From Octopus vulgaris (Eukaryota): 64,000 nt of DNA. The translations under genes and the position numbers were made by a program. The DNA lies in assembly GCA_951406725.2 (NCBI GenBank), contig OX597820.1:50344001-50408000 (forward strand), in the 5' to 3' direction. Positions 28,199-39,785 of the stretch are shown here, piece by piece (the first letter of the stretch is position 1; every line of letters starts with the position of its first letter). The notes below the pieces were generated by a model. That model made no database searches and was not told the origin of the DNA. It saw only the letters and a program-made list of their open reading frames with translations.

Positions 28199-28809
28199 TG
28201 TATGTGTGAGTGTGTGTGTGAGTGTGTAGAAATATAGAATTATTAAAGGAGCAAAAATACTGGAGATTCAATATACACCACGTGGCAAAATTACACACAC
28301 ACACATACACACACATACACACACACACACATATATATATAGAGACTTTCTCCCTCTCGCACACACACACACACATACACAAACACACACACACACGCAT
28401 ATATACATATTAATATGTGCGTGTGTGTGCATATGTGACTATGTGTGTGTGTTTTTGTGTGTGCGTATGTATGTATGTAATTATTATTCAATTACGTTTC
28501 CTTTCCATGGTGCACTTCGTATATTAGTGAATGGATGATTTGGGGAACAGCCTTCTTCTTTGCATTTCATGCATATTCACAACTGCGCGTCAGAGATCTG
28601 CTCATGGTGTTCGGAATCTCTGATTTCTTACTTCACTCCGAGTTGGTGATAACATTTGTATTGTGCATCCATGTTCCGTTCGTGGAGTTGGTATAAATAC
28701 CAGTCGCAAAATTAGGTGGAATAATTCCAGGATTTATATACATACGCATACATGCATACACACACACGCACACACACACACAAACCACACAGACATGTAT
28801 TTATGTAAT

Positions 28810-28973
28810 GCAGTTCTATGTTGAAGAGATGAGGAATTATGTACATTATTTACATATGACGTAGTGGTTAAGAGCGCGGGCTACTAACCCCAAGATTCTG
28901 AGTTCGATTCCAGGCAGTAAACGGAATAATAATGATAATTCAACTACTACTACAACTACTACTACTACTATTA

Positions 28974-29032
<59 letters not shown>

Positions 29033-29233
29033 ACTACTACTACTACTACTATTACTACTACTACTAATAATAATAACAACAACAACAACATCGTAAAATA
29101 CCTTAAGAATGAGAACCCAGGTTCGAAATTTCCCCAGAAACCTGATGAAGGCTGGAGGGTATATCAGTCGAAACGTTGTGTTAACACGAAACAAGATGAG
29201 GTCAAAAATCCGTCAAATGTAAAGAATGTATAT
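28810..29233 (+). mobile_element. Non-autonomous PLE terminal-repeat element: inverted tail, tRNA-like head, microsatellite, hammerhead
   Basis: 28839-28861 is an inverted copy of 29211-29233. tRNA-like segment 28861-28912 matches 779-830. HHR core at 29142-29177. Confidence 0.8.
29137..29182 (+). ncRNA. Minimal type I hammerhead ribozyme
   Basis: GAAAC-CTGATGA-A-GGCTG(GAGGGTATAT)CAGTC-GAAAC-GTT-GTGTT. Stem I has one mismatch; stem III is the palindromic AACGTT. Confidence 0.7.
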
Positions 29234-29727
29234 ATTTATGTAGTAGCAAAATTTACGTTAGTTGAAATATTTTCATGACATATTCCGAATTCACTGAGTT
29301 ACCGGGGAGAAAAATGATCTCTTATTGTAAAATTGTCCAGAAACACCATCTCTGTCTGATGCTACCCGCTGTCAGATTCCTGTTCTAGCTCTTTAAACGT
29401 TACCAATGGGAAATATCGAAGAGAGAGAACTCTCCGGCTGTTTATTAGCACACCCGAGTCAATGCTGTTGACTGTATTTTAGTTAAAGCTACGGATTTAG
29501 TTAAATCTGCGCAGAGTAGCTTCTCCTCCGTATTGCGGGTGGATACTGGTTAAAGATCTAGAAATGCATCTTGGGATCCGACAAGGGATAGCACTGGACA
29601 GATATGGTGTTTGTTTTTACATCATTTTACCATTAAAATAGAATTTTTCTCCACGAAAACTGAGGTGAATTTTCCTTTAGAAGTTGAAATATATCACAAA
29701 AATATTTTAACTAACCTAAGGTTTACT

Positions 29728-29788
<61 letters not shown>

Positions 29789-29800
29789 GTGTGTGTTATT

Positions 29801-29964
29801 ATACATATGTATTGAAGGGACTGTAAAAGCTCGAAAGCATCGGTAGAGAATTCCTAATACTGATGAGGCTACGGAATTAGCAGAAAATAAAAGTTGCCGA
29901 TCAATATCGGGATTTCTCGTCCGGTGCTTTCGGGTGATTATACTCCCTTTCTCTGCACATGCAT
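29801..29964. repeat. Imperfect ~165 nt fold-back (long hairpin)
   Basis: Nested complementary blocks: AAGGGACTGTAA/TTATACTCCCTT, CTCGAAAGCATCGG/CCGGTGCTTTCGGG, GAGAATTCC/GGATTTCTC, ATACTGAT/ATCAATAT. Confidence 0.75.
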
Positions 29965-31298
29965 GCAATTAAGTGTTTTAACTACAGCATTAGAGCTTTT
30001 TCAGTTCTTATTTATAGCAATGAAGATGTACTAATACCCTAGTCATATTTAGTGACAAATAAAATTTTCCATTTCGATAAAACATAGCACATGGCTGTCT
30101 ACATTAATTATATATATATATATATTTATATATCGAAAGAAGAGGTGTATTTTCACGCAGAAAAAATATATAGAAAAATTTTTTGGAAAATGCACCTGAA
30201 CTTGAAAAGCTTGTAATTGTCTCTACATAAAATTATTTTCATACATACCAAACTAGTTTTAACAATATTTTTTTTTGATCAATGTTAAAAATTAAAACTT
30301 GCTAAGTAGAAAAACATGTTTAAAGGATTCAATTTTAATAAAATTCAATAATATCAAATATGATGTAAATCTTCACAGCATTCAATAATATTAAAAAAAT
30401 ATAGATCATAATATGTAAATGCCCGAATTTTAATAGTGTTAGAAGTGATCGATAAGAAATGTGGATCACGTTCGGTCATACTGAATTATGAGGGAGAAAA
30501 ACAAGGGAGAAATGCAGATTGCATAAAAAGATTTTGGTTACGGTTTATGTTATTCTTTTTCGGTCGTGCGCAAAGATTTTTGCTTTAGCGGCGTTCTTTT
30601 TTTTAATCCAATGTATTCATAATTTTTTTCCGTGAACTGATTTGATTTTTGATTCGTTATGGTACTGATGACTAGTGGCCAAGTTTGTCCTTCTGCCTGG
30701 TTGACTTCACTATGAGGAACAGTTATCAACTGTTGCAGATGTTTGATTCTCTTAAAGAGCCAGTTTGTAATATTTAATGAAGTTCGGTTTGGATTGGCAG
30801 TATGGTGTTATTGTGTGGTGATTTAGAGTTTCTGTTTGGAATTATGTCTGTTGTTGTATATGGCTGTTGCTTTTTGTTGGTGAAATTTTAACTTTTAGCG
30901 TTTTTTCTTCTTTCTAAAGGGTATTCAGCTGTGGTTTACATTTTTTAATGAACATGCTCTTCTTATTCAAACGGACTTGAGTTGAAGTGCTCCGATGCAT
31001 TGATAGAGAGGGATGTTATGATATTTTGGGTTTACGTTTGTGGAGTATTAGTCTAAATGTTTGCTTACGGAAATTTTCCTGGTCGTGGGGTCCCAGATTT
31101 GTTGCCTGCTTACCGTCAGTCTGTCACTTAAGGTCAAAATAGTTTGAACTATGTAGTCTCCATCAAACACTCCACATTAAGTTCTTCGATTAAATTACAT
31201 TCATCTATGCCCGAGAAAAGATATATATTTATGGTAAAAGCTTGACCTGACTTAAATTTGTATGCTGAACCGTCCAAGACGAAGATGCAAGTCCCGCA

Positions 31299-31346
<48 letters not shown>

Positions 31347-31349
31347 ATA

Positions 31350-32474
31350 AGAAAGGGTAAAATCTTTGCTGAACCAAGCCCAGCAAAATTCACCAGCGGT
31401 GTCCCCCAGGGGACTGTCTTGGGCCCGCTACTCTTTATAATTTACATAAACGACCTTTCCAGTGTCGTACATTAGTGTAAAGTGAAAATATTTGCTGATG
31501 ACACTAAGCTCCAGCAAATCGTCAATGAAGAAGAAGACCGAACTCAACTCTAGTCTGATCTATATGCTGTGAGTCAATGGGCAGACAGAAACAAAATGCA
31601 ACTGAATGAGGGGAAATTTGAGCTCATGCATTTTGGAAGAAATTCCTCACTAAAACAATCATACTCTCTTCCTTTAGGGGAACCGCTCACAGTCTCTAAC
31701 AATATCAGAGACCTGGGTGTATTTGTTGATGACGATCTCAGTTGGAGTGCACACATCAACAATAAGGTCGATATAGCTCGTAGGATGAGTTCCTGGATCT
31801 TAAGAACTTTCCGGTCCAGAGAACAAGGTGTCATCATACCACTTTTATCCTTCTCTGTACGGCCACACGTCGAATACTGCTGCCCACTGTGGTCTCCCCA
31901 TACAAGACAAAACATCTCGAGGATTGAATCACCCCAGAAGGCACTCACTAAACGAATTGAAGGCATGGCTGCTCTCGATTATTGGGACCGCCTTAAAGCC
32001 TTGAAACTCTACTATCTCCAGCGTCGCCGTGAGCGGTACATCATTTGTACGATGCGGAGAATATACCGCCAACTTTGCCCAAACAACCTGAACATTAGCT
32101 TCAAGGTTCATCCATGACTGGGACCACGGGCCATACGTCCTCTGCCCAATTCAAGATCACAGCATACATGTACACCGCAACATAATTTCTTTTCCCCAAC
32201 AGGCCCTGCCCTATTTTACATTGTCCCGAAAGAGATCAAAGAGGAAAAGGATCCCATCAACTTTAAACGGAGTCTGGATAGATTCCTTCAAGGAATACCA
32301 GATAAGCCACCCATAATTGGATACAAATCACCCAACAAAAACTCACTACTTGAATGGACCATAAACAAAACTTGACTTAAACAGGATTCAGATAATCCTA
32401 TCAGGTGGTGCTATTAAGTTAGACATGGCCTGGACCAATCTTTGGTCGAAACATATCTAAGTTTATCTAAGTTC
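31350..32474 (+). mobile_element. CR1/L2-group LINE, 5'-truncated (RT C-terminal part and 3' end)
   Basis: [33 protein letters not shown] 31569-32117 contains IRDLGVFVDDDLSW, VRPHVEYCCPLWSP and YWDRLKALKL. The 3' tail is (TATCTAAGTT)x2, followed by (TA)n. Confidence 0.92.
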
Positions 32475-32497
32475 ATATATATATATATATATATATT

Positions 32498-35400
32498 GAT
32501 GGCAATCCCTCAAGGTCGAGGATGATGGTCTTCGCGCAAATTTACTGGTGAGTCCGTAGGTGACCGATAAGACCAATTCTTGCTTGAAAAGATCGGTCGC
32601 AATGCGGACATCTAGTGCCGGAAGGGAGAGTCGCACGTGGTTGTTGTTGGCGCTCCTTCCGTCGTCGTCTTTTCTCCTCCAGCTCTGCAGACATTTTCGA
32701 CTCGAAAGTCGCCGTTCCCTCATGGATGGTGGTTTTCCAGAGTGGTCTGTTTTTTGCCGTTTCCTCCCAGTTAGTGAAGTCGATGTCACACTTTTTGAGG
32801 TTCGTTTTCAGGGAGTCCTTGTAGCGTTTCTTCTGGCCTCCTTTTGTACGCTTGCCGTCTTTGAGTTGGGAGTAGAAGATATGTTTGGGAAGTCGTTCAT
32901 CAGTCATTCTAACCACGTGGCCGCTCCATCTTAGTTGGCCTTTGATGACATAGGCTTCGATGCTGGTCATGTTTGCTTCTTGCAGCACACTGACGTTAGT
33001 TCTTCTGTCTTCCCAGCTGATGTTAAGGATCTTCCGAAGACAGCGTTGGTGAAATTTCTCGAGCGTTTTCAGGTGGTGACTATACGGGGTCCAGGTTTCG
33101 GATGCGTAAAGGAGGGTTGGAATAATGACTGCCCTGTACACCATGAGTTTAGTCTCGGTTCGGATGTCCCGATCAGCAAAAACTCTTGTTCGAAGCTTGC
33201 CGAAAGCTGTTCCTGCACACTTCAGACGGTGTTGGATTTCATCGCTGAGGTCTACCTTTGCTGACAGATGGCTCCCAAGGTAGCAGAAATGGTTCACATT
33301 TCCCAATGGAATTCCTTCGAGTTGAATCGATGGCGGGTTGTCAACACGGGCATGGGTTGGTAGAGTAAGTGAGTCGTCTTGATGTTGATGCTCAGTCCAA
33401 GTTTAGTATATGCATGATGATTTAAGATCTGTTGGAGGTGATCCTCTCTGTAAACTGCTACACTGTTGTCGTCGGCATATTGGAACTCTAGCAAGCTTCG
33501 CGCCATTGTCTTTGACGTACTTTCGAGGCGAGCGAGGTTGAAAAGCTTTCCGTCCATTCTGTACGAGATCTCGATGCCAGGTGGAAGGGCATCTCGTATG
33601 ATGTGCAACACTGTCGCGATAAAGATGGTAAAGAGAGTTGGCGCTATCACGCAGCCTTGCTTCACTCTGGAGGTGACTTTAAAGGGCTCAGAACTGCCTC
33701 CATCGGTCTGGACTCTGGCGTGCATATTGTCGTGGAGGAGTTTGAGGATCCGGATGAACTTATCTGGGCATCCATACTGGGCGAGAATATCCCAGAGGAG
33801 CTCTCGCGAGACACGATCAAAGGCTTTGGATAGGTCGATAAAGGCCAAATAGAGCGGTTGGTGTTGCTCACGACATTTTTCTTGTAGCTGTCGCAGCGTA
33901 AAGATCATGTCGGATGTGCTTCGTGATGGCCTAAAGCCGGTCTGCGTCTCAGGAAGGATCCTCTCTGACAGCGTTTTGAGGCGGTTGTTCAGGATCGGTG
34001 CAAGAATCTTCCCAGCAGTTGCTAATAAGTAAATACCCCGGTAATTTCCACACTCAGAACGATCGCCCTTTCGTTTGTAAATGGTAATGATGTTAGCATC
34101 CCTGAAGTCGGATGGTACAATTTCATTTGTCCAAGAGTTAGTGGAGCTGGTGATGGACAAAATCACCTCCCAGTTTGTAGATCTCAGCTGGGATTCCGTC
34201 AGGACCCGTAGCTTTGTTGTTCTTCATCACTGTGATAGCAATTTTGACCTCTTCGAGGGATGGAATTCGAGCGAGAGAGTAATCTTTGGCCTCTTTAGGA
34301 ATCATGTCAAGTATGCTTTTGTCGATGGTAGCCTTGTGATTGAGGAGGTCATCGAAGTGTTCTCTCCATCTGTCTCCTATTTCAGTGTTGCTTTTCAGGA
34401 TGGTCGCTCCGTCTTTACTCTTCAGAGGAGCCTGTCCATGTGTGGAAGGTCCGTATATTTCTTTCGTGGCTTTGAAGAACCCTCTGGTGTCGTTTACATC
34501 TGCTAGCTGCTGGATTTCACGAGATTTGTGTCTCCACCACTGGTTCTTCAGGGTACGGGTTGTCCTTTGAACTGCGGCTTTGCACTTTTTGAAAGACTCT
34601 CGTTTAATGGCAGACTTTGGATCATTCTGTGAGCTGATGAAAGATTTCCATTTTTGGTCGATCAGTTCTTTGAGAGCTTCATCATTGTCGTCGAACCAGT
34701 CCTGGTGTTTCCTTTTCTTGCGACCGATGGTTTCTTCGCAAGCGGTGATGATGGTTTCTTTCAGCTGGTTCCAATTTTCTTCGATGAGATGATTTGGAGT
34801 CTTATTTTGAAGATTGACCTGTAGGCGCTGCTGGAAAGCGACACGAGTTTTGGGTCTTGCAGTGCTTCGATGTTGAATTTCTTTACTCTGCTTTCCTTGC
34901 TGTGATATTTCACTTTTGGTCGGCGATGAGGCGATGATCTGTCCAGCACTCATCTGCTCCAGTGGCGGCTCTGGTGAGCAACACATCTTGTTGGTCTCGG
35001 GATCTCATGATGATATAGTCGATGAGATGCCATTTTTTAAAACTTGGATGCTGCCATGAGACCTTATATCGATTCAGGTTATGTTCAGCAAATTTGGTGA
35101 GTAGCATAGTTCCATTTGCTTTGACTCTTCCCACTCCTTCCTTTCCGATGGTTCCAGTCCAGAGTTCACGATCTCTACCAACTCTGGCGTTGAAATCTCC
35201 CAGGAGAATGATCTTGTTGTCCTTTGGGACGGTAGAGAGAATGCTATCAAGCTGGCTTTAAAACTCTTCCTTGACTAAATCCTCCGCGTCAAGGGTTGGA
35301 GCATACGCGCTGATGATAGTTGCGTGCTGACTTTTGACAAGCTGGATTCGGAGGGTCATGAGTCGTGCGGACATTCCGATGGGCTGCTCTGTCAGTTTGG

Positions 35401-35810
35401 ATAGGATGGTGTTTCGTATTTCAAAACACACACCATGGATCCGTTGATGGTCGGGATCGTAACATTTCCAGGAATAAGGTGTATTGACCGCCTTCTTCTC
35501 TCAGCCGGCCTTGTCCGGCTCTCCGGGTTTCACCGAGAGCTACGATGTCAAAATTGAATCGATGGAGTTCCCGGGCGATGATTGCAGTTCGCCTTTCGGG
35601 TCTGTCTGAGTTGGTGTTATCTATGAGAGTCTGCTGCAGCCTTCGTCCGCCTTCACAGTCGTTGAGTTGTTAAGGGAACTTCATGCGCCTGTTCCACCGT
35701 TGAGGACTTGATGACTCTCAGAGCCCCGTTTGCCGCTAGCACAGCTGGCTTGCTGTGCTCGCGTTGCCCAGTGTGCACCCCGTGGAGGAGGGGTTGAACT
35801 TTTGCAGACC
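32498..35810 (-). mobile_element. RTE-clade LINE, near full length, with a few frameshifts
   Basis: APE motifs (ILLGDFNARVG, WHLIDYII, ECWTDH); RT (YRGIYLL, FIDLSKAFD, KQGCVIAPTLF, QYADD, FCYLGS); C-terminal C2H2 CPHCDRSFQARIGLIGHLRTH. Short 3' hairpin UTR, (TA)n on both flanks, GC-richer than its surroundings. Confidence 0.95.
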
Positions 35811-35841
<31 letters not shown>

Positions 35842-35971
35842 TATTATGCACACACAAACACATATATATATACATATATATATTGCGGGACTTGCATCTT
35901 CGTATTGGAAAGTTCAACATAGAAATTTAAGTCAGGTCAAACTCATACACACACACATACATGTATGTATG

Positions 35972-36041
<70 letters not shown>

Positions 36042-36618
36042 ATGTGTGTGTGTATATATATGCATATATATGTATGTATACACACATACATATATATATG
36101 TATGTATAACTCTCTCGACCTTGCATCGTGAGGTTCAACTTCAATTCTTCTAGCCTCTCTCAGAATATGATTCGTGGTCTGTCATTTGACGGCCTGATAT
36201 GAACATAACTATGAGCTGTAGCATGAACGATCGAGAATAAATAATATTCACAGTGCCAACACGTATTGTTTTTCTCGATTATCACTTTGCATCAAATATT
36301 TTGCATCTGCTTCCGCTTTTAATGTGTCCACATACGTATATGCATTATTCATATATATTTCTGCAACATTTCAAAGAAATTTTACGAAAATTTATATATA
36401 TTCCTAACAACATGGTCTGAAGGACGCATAATGTAATAGCACACCTTTGGTTCAAGTTTGATGAAGTGTCACTCCAATGTTTAAAACTTCAAATATTACG
36501 TGATTTGTTTTCATTTAGGATTTTCGCCTAATCTGACATTGCAAATGGAGATGGTGCAGAAAAATTTGCAACTTAAAATTAAAGATGTGTAAATGAATTT
36601 CTGCGCCATCTTCCTTTA

Positions 36619-36661
<43 letters not shown>

Positions 36662-37467
36662 CTTATAGACACACACACAATCACACACGCATATACACTT
36701 ACATATATGAAAAGAGCATACATGTACGAAATTTGAGCAGTAAATTCCCAACTTAGATGTTCTGCCAAAATGCTGCATAAATGCTGCGTAAAACAAACAT
36801 TGACCACAACCAAATTTCAAATAAACAAGATGAGCAATCTACCTAATGATATACATGTAAAGATATCACAGTGAATGCTTCAGACACTACAACGATTAAA
36901 AATACAAAAATCACATAATGTGCATTGTATGAAACGAATGTGGATAAGATATAGTATAGATGAGCAAGGTTTAATGACGAAGAAATTTAATGAAACAGAA
37001 CACAAAATCCATTACATTGTGTTAACGATAAACTATCACTAATAACCCGTTCAGAAAATCACTAAAATTAAAACATTCTAATCAATAACAAACCACAAGT
37101 CTGATAATTTACGAAGATGTTGCTAATGACCTTTCATTTATAATTTCGAAAGCGAACGTGCAATTTGTAACTGTTATGACAGACCATTATATTGAACACA
37201 CACATGCATGGTATTTTCTGCGGCGAAATATGTATGGACAAGTGCAGTTGCAATGCGCCATATCATATAATACAAAAACAAACTGAATAGGAAAACATTA
37301 TTGGACAACATTTATATCCTACATAAAATGAATGTATTGCACATAATAAATCACAAAACTAAGATGGACACAAATAAAACATGGGTTACTAAAATAAGTA
37401 ACATACTCTATGCCGATGAACTAAAAATTGGTGTTAAAGCCTATACCAGTAACACACAATTGACTAC

Positions 37468-37942
<475 letters not shown>

Positions 37943-37946
<4 letters not shown>

Positions 37947-38158
37947 GGAGAGTATACGAAAATAACAAAAGACGAAGGCAGGTGGTGTACAAAACAAACA
38001 GATGTATTAGTATAACGCTCAGGAATAGAAAAAGTCTTTTACTTTTCGAGCCTACGCTCTTCTACAGAAAGAGACACAGAAAAAAACAAGGAGAGGAACA
38101 AGGAGAGAAAAATGGAGAGAAAAAAGGAGAGAAAAATGTGTAGAGTGGCTAACAGTCT
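37943..38158 (-). mobile_element. Second short PLE-terminal-repeat-like element with variant hammerhead (38036-38071)
   Basis: Minus: CTTT-CTGTAGA-A-GAGC(GTAG)GCTC-GAAAA-GTA-AAAG. Abuts (TA)n. Confidence 0.6.
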
Positions 38159-39785
38159 ATGTGTAAATGTATATATATGTATATATATATGGAACATTAT
38201 TTAAGAAGTGCACTAAGGAAAGTGAGATATCTGGATTGCTATGAGTGCATTGAAGCTACGTGAAAAGTAGCCAACAGTAATGTGTACTAGGAATGAAAAT
38301 ACCTTTCTAACATAAAATACAGAAAATAACTGAGAAAGATAAAGCTACGACTGAAGGAACTAACATATCAAAACTAGATAACTGACAATAACTTGCATGA
38401 GAACCAAGTGAATGTGGTCATCGTATCCAAGTACGAGATTACAACGTTCAGTGGTAAAACAAGGGCAAGAATTGGTATATGAAAAGAAAATGAATTTGAT
38501 GAGAATAGCCTTGACAAGGGCCAACTGGAACTCCTTTAACAATTGAAGTAGTCACAGAAGAAACCGAAAGCCCTAATATAATTTAATTGGAAAGGATTTT
38601 ATTAAACTTAAGTTGAAAAAAAAAACAACAAAAATAAACAGTTTGAAAAGATAGCGTGTTAAAATATTCAATATGCCAACACATTGACACATAACAGGAG
38701 CTAACGTAATTACAGAAATGTTGAGAAGAAATAAGGGACAAACGAAGAAAGAAGATACGAATGAAAATAAACGACCTTAGACTAGTGGAAGCAGGGCAAA
38801 GAAAAGAAGAGAAAAGTAGATTAGCGAAAATGCATCAAGGAAGAGAAAAGATACTGTGACAATAATCGAAGAATTCGATTAGAAGGTAAAGCTACCCAAA
38901 TCAGAAAATATCTAGAAATGAACAGCAAGTATCAGCAAAATCATGTATTTCAACCAAAAATAAAATTGTTTATTTGATATATTTGAAAGCGATGTTCTAA
39001 ATGATGCCTTTAGACTAAATGTAGAAGAAAGGTCATTGAAGATATTTGGGGAACATATCAAACAAAATTAATACATAGTGGATAAAATAAATTTGAAATT
39101 ATACTGAAGATGCTGGAGCGGAAAAAGGCTTTAGCATCATGAAAAAAAAATATTCGAAAGTAATTAGAAAACATAGGAGAGTAGAAAGCAACAGGCACAG
39201 ATTTAGCTCATGATTATTGGTTGAAAGGGTTTATGAGCTTCCATGAAGCCATGGTGATGCAGTTAAATGATTGTCTCTTAAATCAGAATGTACTACAGGC
39301 TAACAAAAATAAGAATCTGTTTGATACTGCAGAAGAAATAGGAAGGAAACGCTATCTTGAGATAGCGAACAATTACATGACTACCACACTTATGGTAACT
39401 TCCCACAGGGATAACTATAGAAGAGGCATAGCAAAATCTCTATGCGAAACATAATTAAGGAAGACCAAGATTCCTGCTGGAAAAAAAAGTGTAGGACGAC
39501 GACAAATTAATCAATGATTGACAATATTGTCATGAGGAAAAGCACAACAAGATTTTAAAATGTATGTTTTGCGAGTATCGATTATAGGAAATGTGATTTA
39601 GCGGCACGTTTGTTATTCAGAAGATGCCTAAACTGCTTCAAGATTCGGGAAAAGGGAAATGTTCATTAAAAGCACAATGCATCATTACAGAGTAGATTTA
39701 GCAGATTTAGCCGGTGGTAGAGATTAAGAGTTATATTAATCTGAAGAGGAATTTGCCAATGGGAGTCCTTCTCTCCCATTTTTTT

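Noticed and set aside
30130-31240. Possible very degenerate PLE/GIY-YIG remnant on the minus strand
   Set aside because: Only vague motif resemblance with many stops; cannot be supported without a profile search.
31574-35261. Antisense ORFs overlapping the LINEs (e.g. 31574-31966, 33466-33852, 34081-34506)
   Set aside because: Shadow ORFs of GC-richer LINE coding sequence with no independent motifs.
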